Below, one piece after another: positions 12,719 through 24,898 of a stretch of 64,000 bases of DNA; positions within the stretch are counted from its first letter, which is position 1; each line of letters opens with the position of its first letter. Under the pieces are notes generated by a model. The model saw only the letters and a program-made list of their open reading frames with translations, searched no databases and had not been told where the DNA came from. The stretch is from Proteromonas lacertae (Eukaryota), in assembly GCA_002245135.1 (NCBI GenBank), contig NGBS01000017.1, positions 1 to 64,000 of the forward strand, given 5' to 3'. Made by a program: the position numbers and the translations under genes.

Positions 12719-13677
12719 ATGAGTATTATAGAATGCGGTGAATATCTATACGTTTTTTATGATGTAAATAATTGTAAATATCGATTTAAGAAATATAAAC
12801 TAGATGCAATAGTCTATGAAGAGGAAATACCTCATATTAATAATGTATTCACAAGTATATAACAATAGTTTTAATATATGTAGAAGAAATTAATCCACCA
12901 CCTGTTGAATCAACTAATCAAGTTTCAGCTTCACCAGTTAAACAAGAAGAACAAAACAATAATAATATAAATGAAATAATAAATGGAAATCTACCTTCAT
13001 TTTTAACTGAAGATTTATCAAGAAATTATACAGGTGAAGATACACAGACATGTCCAGTAAAACGAAAATTAAAATGTTCACAAAATGCAGTTAATGATGA
13101 AATGGAAATGAAAAAACTAAAAAGAAGCGAAAAAGAAGAAGCAATAGAATTTGAAAATGATAAAAAGTGTGAAAAAATAGTAATTAATACATATAGCGAA
13201 GGAAAAACGATTTGTTTACAAAATACAAGTACATTGACTAATGGTTATGAGAAGTATTTATTTTGCACAATTAATGGAACAAGGGTTCAATTCAGACCAG
13301 ATTACGCTAAAGATTTGTTAGCTATTGCTGTTCAAGATTTAAATGAATTATGCAGACCAGATGTAGAATGCAGCATTTGTAATAATTTATTTAAAATGAG
13401 AAACACTTTTATGGTAAATGGCGATTATGTATGTTTAGAATGTTCTTTGACATATGATACTATGAAGGATTTTGTAGATCCATTGAACGATGATGTAAAA
13501 GAAATTACAAATGAGAAAGGATTGTTTATCCTCTGCGATAGACAAAGACATTATAAATCCATAGGAAATTTTATTACATATACTAAAAGAAGAGGCTTCA
13601 AATATGAGAAATTATGTCAATATTGTAGGTTAAAGAAGCAATATGAATATAAAAAGAAGAATTTAAACAAAAAATAG
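12719..13677 (+). CDS. Cys-rich putative zinc-finger protein, paralog 1
   Basis: ATG at 12719 (MSIIECGEYLY...KKYKLDAIV), one intron at about 12845-12883. C-terminal CSIC...CLEC...C..H...CQYC. Confidence 0.7.
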
Positions 13678-13825
13678 ATATTATACCTTTTAACGCATTA
13701 TTAACTTTATTATTTGATGTTTTTAAAAACTAAAATGAAAATAATTTGATTGTTTGCTTGATGGTAATTGACATAGTCAATATTACATTTAAAGAAAAAA
13801 ACTATCTCTTCATTTACACCTTGAA

Positions 13826-14992
13826 ATGAGTTTCATTGTTATTGGTGATGATATATACATTCCGTATCAACCATCTTCTAAGTTAACAATGTATAAAAGA
13901 TATAGATTAGATTCTATCGTCAGTCAAGAAGAGATGTCATTAAAATTGTTTGGCTCACCTAAATTATCGAGGAATAATTACAGCGATATAGCCTTTATAT
14001 CTGAAGAAGCAACAGAAGCTACTGATACCGTCCCACAGAAGAGAAAACGTACATCCATACGCAAGGGTGGATATAGTATATTAAGCAATGCTCCTAGTAA
14101 TAATAAAAAAACAAATATGAGTACATCCAATTCATTTTCATCAATTTCACCATCATCAAATGTGGATTTATTGCAACAACAACAACCACAACAACCAAAA
14201 CCAAAACCACAACCACAACCACAACAAACATTTCAACAAAAGCAACCTTTATTTGTTTCTCGACCTATACTTCAACAGCCATCTTCAACATTCATAGAAT
14301 CACCAAATAATCATCAAGCTAATGTTAAACCACCAGAAACAATGAATAAATATCGACCTATAGCACCAGCTGATAATAGAATACCAGTCAATATATCAGA
14401 ACCTCCACAAATAAATGAAAGAGCTTTAGATTCTCTTCCAACTACTTCAAAGATAATAGATCCTGTAGTAGGATCAGAAGATGTATTAGCAATAGTAAAA
14501 TCAGGAAATCAAATAAGATTGAATTTTAGAAATATCGATAATAATCTTCATTTTCTTCGTTTTATTAATGGAATAGAATATTATTTTGAATGTAATTCTG
14601 CCACACAATTATTAGAATATGCAATTAAAGATTTAGATATTATATTGAAGAATTCAGTAACATGTACAGTTTGTAAAACGAATTATTCTATATATGACAC
14701 TTTCAAAATTAACAATGAATATATATGTTGTAAATGTTCATCTGAGAGTAATAGTTTCTTAGGCTGTTTAAAAGATCCTTTTGATATGAAGAAAGAGAGA
14801 GGTGGTTTAATGAGTGCAGGTGTATATGCATATTGTTGTTGTGGATCTGCCCATTTTAAACCTTTAAGTCATTTTCTGTTGTTAGACAAAGGAAAATATA
14901 AATTTCATATTATGTGTAAATATTGTAGATTGAAGAATGTTTATCTTTATTATAGAATGTTGAATGAAAAGAAAATAGCTGGAGCTTCTTAA
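13826..14992 (+). CDS. Cys-rich putative zinc-finger protein, paralog 2, with Q/P-rich middle
   Basis: N-terminus MSFIVIGDDIY...KRYRLDSIV and C-terminal CTVC...CCKC...C...H...CKYC align with paralog 1. Confidence 0.75.
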   Translation: MSFIVIGDDIYIPYQPSSKLTMYKRYRLDSIVSQEEMSLKLFGSPKLSRNNYSDIAFISEEATEATDTVPQKRKRTSIRKGGYSILSNAPSNNKKTNMSTSNSFSSISPSSNVDLLQQQQPQQPKPKPQPQPQQTFQQKQPLFVSRPILQQPSSTFIESPNNHQANVKPPETMNKYRPIAPADNRIPVNISEPPQINERALDSLPTTSKIIDPVVGSEDVLAIVKSGNQIRLNFRNIDNNLHFLRFINGIEYYFECNSATQLLEYAIKDLDIILKNSVTCTVCKTNYSIYDTFKINNEYICCKCSSESNSFLGCLKDPFDMKKERGGLMSAGVYAYCCCGSAHFKPLSHFLLLDKGKYKFHIMCKYCRLKNVYLYYRMLNEKKIAGAS

Positions 14993-15299
14993 TTTAGACG
15001 TGAAATGAAAATGGTAAAACTATAAATTAAATAGTGATACATATTAGAATATAATGAAATATAGTTTTTGATTGTATATTGACTTTGTTGGAGATTATGT
15101 CCATCTAGTTGATTTTACATAATACTCTCTTATTTTCATTTTAGCACATAACCAGATCTGAGCAAAACGCATATTCTTTTAATTCCGAATACATACAGAA
15201 AAATAAGGATTTGTTCATTTCTATAAAATAATTCATTGCTTGTAACATAAAAATTTTCAAAAAATTAATTTAATAGCTTTACAGATCACCCACACAGAA

Positions 15300-17280
15300 A
15301 TGAGTGAAGATATAAGGACGCGTGACTCAAGTGAAGTTGAATCAAACAACGAAATCAATAGTGAAGCAGATTTTCAATCAGGTATGCCTTTTATGCCATT
15401 ATAATGTAGAAATCAAAAAATACTTTTGTATATTTCCCATATTATAGTATATCATTATATTTATAGGGTACAAATACTATACAAATAAACCATTTGGAAA
15501 AAGAGCAGCAGAAAATGAAGAGGGAAGTGTAGAATACAAGATCCACTTAGTTGAACCATCTGATTCTCGTATTGAACATTTAACTACTCAGATGAGTTGG
15601 AGAATAGAAGAAAGTGATGGTAAAAATGAAGCTCGATATATACTAGGAATAAAAGATGATGGTAGTCCAATTGGTATTCCTCCTAAAGAGTTTGATTTAT
15701 CAGTACAAACGCTATTAAAGTATAAATAATTATAAATTAATATTATTTATTCAAATAGAATCAGTAAAAAGTTAAATGTAAATTTAGAAATTGAAACAAT
15801 AGGAAATGGTGAAAGTCCATTCAGTGTAATAGGTGAAATAAAAATCAATAAGATGAATGAAAGAATGAATCATATACCTGATATTCATTTAGCGGTAGTT
15901 GGTAATGTAGACAGTGGTAAAAGTACGTTAGTTGGTGTATTGATGAATGGTAATTTAGATAATGGAAATGGAAGTGCTCGATCTTATGTATTTCGATTTC
16001 CACATGAGATAGATACAGGTCGTACATCTAGTATAGCAAAACATATAATTGGATTTAATGAAAAGAATGAACAAATAAAAGGATTACATTTTGGTGATAA
16101 TTTAAATCATGTGAATAAAGTAATAACATTAGTCGATTTAGCTGGTCATGAGAAATATTTAAAAACAACAATTCAAGGTTTAAGTGGTCAAAACATCGAT
16201 TATTCCATGGTATTAGTAGGTGGAAATATGGGTGTTCAAAGAATGACTCGTGAACATTTAGGTTTATTAATGGCATTTCATATTCCTCTATTTGTAGTAA
16301 TAACAAAGATAGATATGTGTCCTCCTCAAATCTTGAAAGAAACAATCGCGAATATAAAGAAATTAATAAAAAGTAAAAGTATCAATCGTGTTCCTTATCC
16401 AGTTCGTGATATGGAAAGTGTTAAAACAGCGATTGAAGGAATGAAAAGTAACACGATGGTTCCTTTATTCAAAGTGTCTAATGTGAATGGAAATGGTTTA
16501 GATATTCTATTGAAGTTCTTATCGTTATTACCAGTAAATGAAAAATGGTTAAAATTAGAGAAAGAGAATACTTTAATAACAATCGATGAAACATACAGTG
16601 TTCCAGGTATAGGTACAGTAATTGGTGGAAATGTAGTAAGTGGAAGTATAAAAGTAGGAAATAAGATAATGATTGGTCCATTCAGTGATGGTGAATTTCG
16701 TGAAAGTGGAATCAAGACATTATATTATTTAGGAAGTGCAAGTGAAATATGTTATGCAGGTCAAAGTGTGAGTGTGACTTTAAAACCTTTGAAAGGTGAA
16801 AAATTAAAACGAAAAGATATAAATCGTGGAATGGTAATAAGTGGAATAAAACCTGAACCAATTGCTTCTTATTTATTTGAAGCTAATTTATCGATATTAC
16901 ATCATCCAACAACGATCAGTCATACATATGAACCAGTGATTCATGTTTCCACAATAAAACAAACCTGTCAATTAGTAAAAATGTCTCAAGATGTATTACG
17001 AAGTGGAGATAAAGCTATTTGTTGGTTTAAATTCAAATATCATCCTGAATATTTAACTGTTGGTTCTCCTTTGATATTTCGTGAAGGAACTACAAGAGGT
17101 ATTGGAACTATAACTAAATTATTACCTAAAGAGTATCTGAATGAAGTTAATTTGAATGAAGAAAAACAGATTATTGAAATGAGTGATAATCGAAGGATTG
17201 CGAATGATAGAATTAAGTCAGAAGTTTTATCTGAAAAACATGAAATGATGGAACAAAATAAAATTAGTACTTCTAGTTAA
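15300..17280 (+). CDS. GTP-binding protein GTPBP1/GTPBP2 family, right paralog
   Basis: ATG at 15300 (MSEDIRTRDSS), three short introns, same G motifs as the left copy, canonical C-terminal HPEYL...LIFREG.TRGIG. Confidence 0.9.
15464..17045. repeat. Right arm of the 1582-bp inverted repeat
   Basis: Identity with 10191-11772 starts at an intron acceptor (tag|GG) and ends at the CAT CC of the HP codons. Confidence 0.95.
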
Positions 17281-17353
17281 AAGATTAGTGTTAATTAATG
17301 AATTTATATATTAAAAACTCATATTTTCTATATATAATATGTTATTTTGATTA

Positions 17354-17742
17354 TTATTCTAATTTATCGAGTAATGAAATAACTCTATTTGTAGTAAATA
17401 CACTAATATAGGAGAATTTAGATTCATCTTTCGATTTCTCTTTAAACTCATCAATATCCATCAATACAACATTAGAACTCTCAAATTTATCAATTGGACC
17501 ATTATTATAACATTCTTTCACCTCTTTCGAAGTAATGTTCAATTTAGTCACAAATATCAAAGATGGGCGATTAAATAATCTATTACTCTCAGATATACCA
17601 TGTAAATAGATATATTTTATCACATTTCTTTTTACATTTATCTCTTCTTCCATTTCTCTTAAGATTGAATCGAATAATTCATCTTTGATAATATTTTCAT
17701 CGATTTTATCATCATATGAATTTAATTGAATTTCCTATTAGG

Positions 17743-17773
<31 letters not shown>

Positions 17774-18288
17774 TACACTTGGTTCAGGATGTCCTCCTAT
17801 ATTGTCATATACACCTGGTTCTTCAATCAATTTATCTGATCTTTTCAAAAACACAAATTTATTGTCTGCAGTTAGTATTGTTACTGATACACCTAACACT
17901 CTTGCAAATAGTATATAAGGATCATCTATTTATCATTAACATTATACAACATAATACTAAATTCCTTTTTTCCTAAAGATATCAACTCATCCTTTATTTC
18001 ATTGTTATAATACGTACCAATGAAACTTTTATAGTCAGTTAATCCTAAATTTAATGTTAGTTCATTCTTTGCTTTATCATAATCTGAACCATGTATTCTG
18101 AATTTCGTTCCATTAAATAATTTTGGATTTATTTCCACTTTCTAATTGTTATAAATTATTAATACTTGATTCCATATATTATCAATTGAGCTTTTTATCC
18201 TTTCATTCCAATGATCCACTATATCGAATTCTTTCGAGAACCTTATTCTAACATTTTCTGATTTTAGCAATTTTACAGCTTTTAACAT
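17354..18288 (-). CDS. NUDT22: NUDT22-like Nudix hydrolase (UDP-sugar pyrophosphatase family)
   Basis: W...NPKLFNGTKFR...LGLTDYKSFIGT and GHPEP motifs characteristic of NUDT22; multiple short introns. Confidence 0.7.
17743..17768. repeat. (AT)n microsatellite in an intron
   Basis: Directly visible. Confidence 0.9.
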
Positions 18289-18359
18289 ACAGAAAAATGA
18301 AAATACTTAACAAGGTAATTAATAGTGTAATTGACACTAAAAGTGTAATAATAGAAATT
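18289..18359. promoter_or_regulatory. Putative compact bidirectional promoter between the NUDT22-like gene and SPRTN
   Basis: Only about 70 nt separate the two inferred divergent ATGs (18288 on -, 18360 on +). Confidence 0.45.
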
Positions 18360-19591
18360 ATGTCTGTATAGAAGTCTATAAGTAATATATAATGAATAGA
18401 ATTCCCATGGATTAACTGATGAGCAGTTAGCGATACTATTAAGTGTATTTATCAACTACATTCTTTTTATCTTAGTTAGAAATAAATAATCCATCAGAAC
18501 CACAAGATGAAATACAGATGGTTGTTGATAAATCAAAAGAAGATGTAGTTCTACCAATAACTAACGAGAATATGTATTTGCATGATCCTTCATTTGAAAT
18601 GATTGATCCTACTCCAGACATATATGCTCTATTTCAAGAATTCAATAAAACATTCTTTTATGGTAAATTAGATTCTGTAGAAGTAAAATGGAGTAAAAGA
18701 ATGACCAGTTGTGCTGGAATATGTTATTACAATCGTGGCTATTGTAGTGTGAGATTAAGCATTCCATTACTTCAATATCGACCTAGAAGTGATTTAATTG
18801 ACACATTATTAGTATTTTCTCAATATTTGTAATGATAATAGCATGAAATGATCCATGCATATTTATTTGTAACACATCAGAATAGAGATCGTGATGGACA
18901 TGGTGATGAATTCCAAAAACACATGAAAAGAATAAATGAAAAAGCTCATACTCATATAACAATATATCACTCATTTTTTGATGAATATAATAAGTATATT
19001 TCTTCACAATTTATAAAGATAAATAGTTGTCATCAGCATTGGTGGAAATGTGATGGAATATGTAGTAAAAAACCTCCATATTATGGTTTAGTGAAAAGAT
19101 CAATCAACAGACCACCTGGACCTCATGATTACTGGTTTTCATCACATGAAAAGACGTGTGGAGGAACATTTCATAAAATTAGAGAACCAGAAAATAATAA
19201 TAATAATAATAATAATAAAGAGAAGAAGAAGCAAAATAGTAAGAAAACTATAAAACAGAAAGAAAATGATAATCAACGAAGTATATCTTCATTTATAATA
19301 AGTGATAAAAACAAAGAAAATAATAAAACTGAATTAAATGCTGTTTCAAGTGAAGAATCTGAAGATTCTGATTATGAAGAATATATTAAAAATGAAAAAA
19401 CAATTCAATCTTCACTTCCTACTGTTGATAAAATAAAAAATGATAAAAGAAATGAAAATAGTATAATAGTTATAGATGAAAGTGATGATGAAGATGATAA
19501 AGAAGTAATAAATAAAAAGAGAAATGATTTAGATGGAATGAAAGATCCATTTCATGTATTGGAAGCAAGAAAATTAAGAAAACTAGAATGA
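18360..19591 (+). CDS. SPRTN: SprT-like metalloprotease Spartan/DVC1 (DNA-protein crosslink repair), copy 1
   Basis: DPTPDIYALF, WSKRMTSCAGIC, spliced TLL|HEMIHAYLF (intron about 18812-18842), HGDEF, and zinc-binding WWKCDGIC...PPYYGLVKRS.NRPPG...H..TCGGTF.K. Confidence 0.93.
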
Positions 19592-19996
19592 ATAACTTCT
19601 TGTTAAAAATTATTTTTGATTTAGTTAATTCTTTAATACCAATATCTGATAAAGAGAGTTAAGATTTATGTTAGAAGATATACAACTATTAAATATCTAT
19701 CAGTTCTATCTTAATTCGAGTAATTAACTAAATCACTCTCACCTCGATTTGTTAGTCAAATATCATTAAAAAATAAAAATATATAACAGTCAAAATCAAT
19801 TCGATATATTAACACCTCTTATTTCTTTCTTCATCGTTATAAAAATGAAATGCAAAATAAATATAAATTACACAAATCATTGGTTGATAGTTGGCGTGAT
19901 TTTATTGGTTATTCATTCAAATAGAATTATCGTTTATATCTCACTTATTAATCAAGGCAAAGTTTATATTGTTATTGATTCTTGTTGATTAGGTAA

Positions 19997-22900
19997 ATGA
20001 GTAATTATTTAAGCTATTTGTGGGGAAGAGGTAATGATGGTGACTCATTTGGTTTTCTTAGTGGAAGTGTGAAAAGGCGCGGATTATTTGATTTTTTCAT
20101 GTAAAAAAAAGACCAAAGATAGTGGAAGATGATAATTTTGTTAAAATTATCAACAGTTTGAAAGCTGTAAGAGAGTATTTACTTGATGAAGATGATGAAC
20201 TTGTTGAAAAATTAATATATTTAGAATATACAGATGAAAATGTCAACGTATTTCAATTCCCAAAGAAGAGAATTTACATCCGAGATTGTTATTATGATAT
20301 GTTTGGAAAAATTTGTAAAATAATATCATGTAGAGCAGATATATCCAGAATAGTAATTACTGGTCAGCCAGGTATTGGTAAAACATCATTTATTTATGTT
20401 TTACTATTCTTCTTAAAGAACAATTTATTTCACAATTTTGGTAAAAAAGAAAAAGATTTGTTGAAGAAAAAAGAGTTAATTTTAGAACAAGAAGATGTTG
20501 AAAGAGAGAAGACTGAAGTATATACTGAAATGGAAAATAGAGATAAGTTACTGAAGGATGAAATAAACAAACTTGAAAATGATATTCAAGCAAATTTACA
20601 ATTGATTAATAGATATGAAAAAGAAATTGAATTCTATTATAAGCAACTCAAAGGTATAATAGATGGTGATTATGGTGGTGTAAATCCTCAGAATTTTTAT
20701 AAACAATCTGGAAATATATATTCATTCACTGTCTTTAATGAAACAATAGAAATTGATAGATCAAAAGAAGAAGAAGAAAATGGTTTAAGTGATATAAGAA
20801 ATAGTACCTGTGATAATATTGATAAGATAATGAATGAAGTTGAAAGAACAATTGATGATATAGTTGGTGCAGGTACAAGAATAGATGGAAACAAAATTTC
20901 AACTTTTAAGGCATCACTTCATAATAAAAATCATCGTCAGTATGGTAAATATATAAATGCATATGTAGCATCATCAATAATTAGAAATAATATCAATGTA
21001 ATTGATAATCTAAGTCGTTCAATAGATTCAAAACAGTATAGAAAGATGGAATGTGTAGATGAAATCAACAAAATGGAAAAAGAGAACGAAGTATTAGACA
21101 TAATGGTAAATAGTTTAAGTAAATCAAAAACAGAAGAAATAGAAAAAATTAATGGTGATATAAAAGCAATAGATGAAAAGAAGTATGATAAAATGAGAGA
21201 GTTGGGATTTAATTATTATATATTAGATGATAAGGTATGGAAAAGAGATAATAAAATTAGAGATATTTATGTAGTAAAAGGAAAGAGATATGGTGCTGAT
21301 AAGGATAGGAAGATATATTTATTTGAAAATGGTAATCTCTGTAAAGTGGATTTTAAAGAACGTGATATTAAGAATTCAATAATAATAGTTGACACTTTTA
21401 ATTGTAAATTTCATTTCAGCAACATAATAATTTCAATAAGTTCCCCTGATCATGAAAATAATGATCAATATACAAGAGATATAATAAATTGTACAGAATT
21501 GTATTTAGATTCTTTAAATGACACAGAAATATTAGAATGGTTTAAATACTGTATTGGTTTTAGTATTCCTAATGGTATTGGTGTTGGATTTAAAGAAATA
21601 TGCAAAAAATATGGTAATATACCCAGGCAAATATATTACCATTATTTATACAAAAGAAACTACAATAAAGATTATTGGGAATATTATAAGCAGTTGATAG
21701 AAAGTGTAGTAGGAACAACAGGTTATAGTAAGTTTGTACAACAATATATGAAGAAAGATCATTTGATAAATAATGATTTATCCAATATAATATTAAAATA
21801 TGATATGAAATTAGAATGGGATGATGATTTAAAACGTTTTATTTTAAAACCGAAAGAAAAACTAAAATTCATATCTGATGCTGTTGAAGAATATATTCTT
21901 TTCAAATTCTATCCACCAAAGAATGAGATAGATTATAATAAATTAAATGAAAAGTATGAATCAATTTATAATGATGAGTATGTAAGAAGAATGGCATTAA
22001 AACAAATCATAGCATATGAATTAAGTACTGAAATTATGAAGTTGAAATATACAGATGCTCAAGGTATAGTAATCAAGATTAGAAGTAATCCAAATTTCAA
22101 ATTAAACAATCAAAAGAAAGTGTATGTTCATTATCCTCCAAATGCATCACATTTTGTTTATTACATACTGGATGAAAATAATTTCTTTGATTTGATAATG
22201 AATGGAATATTTATAAAAGTATTATTAGATGATGACAGATTAGATATTGATAAAACAAAAATTAGAGAATCAATAAAAGTATGAATATACTATATATTTA
22301 TAATAAATAGGAATACAGTGAGATTAAAAGTGGTGATTTTTCATATTGTATAATAAGAGAAAAGACAATATGTCATTATGATCCTAGTTTAAATATTCCG
22401 CAACCTCAATTACCACAACAACAACCTCAATTACCTCAACAACAACCTCAATTACCACAACAACAACCTCAATTACCACAACAACAACCTCAATTATCTC
22501 AACAACAACCTCAATTATCTCAACAACAACCTCAATTATCTCAACAACAACCTCAATTACCACAACAACAACCTCAATTATCTCAACAACAACCTCAATT
22601 ACCACAACAACAACCTCAATTATCTCAACAACAACCTCAATTACCACAACAACAACCTCAATTACCACAACAACAACCTCAATTACCACAACAACAACCT
22701 CAATTATCTCAACAACAACCTCAATTACCACAACAACAACCTCAATTATCTCAACAACAACCTCAATTATCTCAACAACAACCTCAATTATCTCAACAAC
22801 AACCTCAATTACCACAACAACAACCTCAATTACCACAACAACAACCTCAATTATCTCAACAACAACCTCAATTACCACAACAACAACCTCAATTACCACA

Positions 22901-24801
22901 ACAACAACCTCAATTATCTCAACAACAACCTCAATTATCTCAACAACAACCTCAATTATCTCAACAACAACCTCAATTACCACAACAACAACCTCAATTA
23001 TCTCAACAACAACCTCAATTATCTCAACAACAACCTCAATTATCTCAACAACAACCTCAATTATCTCAACAACAACCTCAATTACCACAACAACAACCTC
23101 AATTATCTCAACAACAACCTCAATTATCTCAACAACAACCTCAATTACCACAACAACAACCTCAATTATCTCAACAACAACCTCAATTACCACCACAACA
23201 ACCTCAACAATTATTATTATCATCATCATCATTAGAAGAAGAAGAAGAAGAAATAATATCAAAAGAAGATGATTTTGATGTATATGATTAATGGTAATAA
23301 ATTGTTATTAATGAGAAAATGCTTCCATGATATGATTGATTTCATTTATCCTAAAGATTTAAAAATGGATTATTTATATCAAAGAAATTTTCTGATATTT
23401 GGTCATCAAAAAATTGGTAAATCCGAATTAGCTGAAATTATTATAAACAAAATTCATGAAAAGATTAAAGATATTCGAATAGAATTTAGATGGAAAATAG
23501 GAAAACATAGTGATATTAAATATAATTATTTTGAGGATGAACGTAGATATCCTCATCATCCATATATTGTTGTTTCTGATGGAGCAGTAATTGGAGAAGA
23601 TGATTATGCTGATGCAAAGATGATTATAATGTTGGGTAATCCATATGATAAAAAATGTAAAACATTTCAAAGTAAAAGATGTCCATTAGTGATATATATA
23701 CCTCCATTTACAATAGAAGAAGTGAAAAAAGTAAAGAAATTGAATCATCCAAGACTAGTAATAGAAAATAATGGATTTATCAAATACAGTGAAATACAAA
23801 GGAAATCAGGTGTTAAAATGAAAGAAAAGTTGAAAAAGATAGTGAATTTATATCTCAAGAATTATGAATTTTATGGAGGTATTATAGGATTGTTTAATTA
23901 TAATATGAACACATGTAATGCTGAAATAGAAAAAGTGAAAATAGAAATGATTGAGAATATGATAAAAGGCATAAATATATCATCTATATCAAAGGAAGAT
24001 TATCAAAATATACTTATATATGAAACAGATGAAAAAGATGTAACTAAATCTAATAATCTTCGATTTATCTCTGATACAGTAAGAAATATTGTATGTAATA
24101 AACTATTAGAAATTAATTCATTTAATAAATGTAATGAAATGATAGATTTATTGTTTGAAAATCCAACTGGAAGTTTTGCTGGAAATTTATATGAAAGAAT
24201 TATAATTTTTTTGATGAGAGAATGCTATGATTTTAGAAAAGATACAGAATTTCAAATTAGAAGATTCTGTGGTAAGAATATTGTTACAAAGCATATAGAA
24301 AATGAGACAGAATTGAAAAATGAAATAACTGGATTGAAAGAAAGTGAAAATGATATTACTTTTCTTGACTTTAGTTATAATACAACTTTCCCTGATATTG
24401 ATGCATTAATTGGACCATATGGTGTTCAAATTACAGTTGGTAAAGAGCATAGTTATGCACCTGAAATGACAATGATTCTTCAGAATTTATACAGGATTTA
24501 TAAAGAAGGATATGATGATACAAAAGATTATTATAATATAAATAATAATAATCAAGTTAATACACAATTGAATTTTTATTATATAATACTAAGTCCAAGA
24601 GATGAAGTGGATATTAAAAAAGTGGATAGAAATACAGAAATATATCCAACATTTTTACAACAATTCACAAATAACAATTTAGATGGAAATACAAGAGATA
24701 TTTTATTTGTCAAAGCAAAAGGTAAAAAGATAATAATACAGATTAAATATGCACAATTAAGAAGATATGTTCTTAATGAATTGCAGAAAGGTAGGCAATA
24801 A
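19997..24801 (+). CDS. Crinkler/RHS-type protein of about 1590 aa: NTPase with coiled-coil insert, PQ-repeat linker, second NTPase, PD-(D/E)xK-like REase; copy 1
   Basis: Module 1: IYIRDCY...ITGQPGIGKT, IIIVD, ISSPD, YGNIPR. A 32-nt intron at 22279-22310 joins it in frame to the repeat exon. Module 2: LMRKCF...IFGHQKIGKS, IYIPPFTIEE, FYGG, AGNLYE, FPDIDAL..VQITVGKEH. Two 1-nt indels (about 20095 and 23290) are absent from copy 2. Confidence 0.8.
22401..23210 (+). repeat. Coding 21-bp minisatellite (CCA/TCT)CAACAACAACCTCAATTA = (P/S)QQQPQL, about 38 units
   Basis: Directly visible; open and in frame with the flanking exon on the + strand. Confidence 0.95.
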
Positions 24802-24898
24802 AAACAAAGTAATTAATGTTCTGAATTACTAATTCATCATCTATTATTGTTATTATTTTATAACTGTAATTGTTTTTTTTTTTTTTTTGTATAGCCTA

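Larger units (their letters stand above)
18041..19638. repeat. Direct repeat A, copy 1 (1598 bp): NUDT22 5' end + shared divergent promoter + SPRTN
   Basis: Recurs at offsets +6858 and +13894; no differences noticed by eye. Confidence 0.95.
19639..24898 (+). mobile_element. Segment B copy 1 (5260 bp), a nuclease-gene cassette bounded by direct repeats A; mobility is inferred, not shown
   Basis: Sharp junctions with A at both ends, repeated at 26497-31934. No terminal inverted repeats seen. T16 tract and CCTAAAT duplication at the right junction. Confidence 0.4.

Noticed and set aside
22395..22430. Gliadin-like PQPQLP sequence as host mimicry
   Set aside because: Low-complexity P/Q similarity arises easily by chance, and the protein has no secretion signal.
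22401..23210. Possible CRISPR array or telomeric repeat
   Set aside because: There are no unique spacers, the unit is a multiple of three, and it is in frame within a protein-coding exon.
22384..23262. 292-aa Val/Ile/Glu ORF on the minus strand (also 29242-29760 and 29799-30299)
   Set aside because: It is the antisense shadow of the CAA-rich coding minisatellite; the + strand frame is continuous with the flanking exon.
24873..24888. T16 tract as the poly(A) tail of a retroposed CR gene
   Set aside because: It is on the wrong strand for the gene's mRNA tail, and the gene retains an intron.
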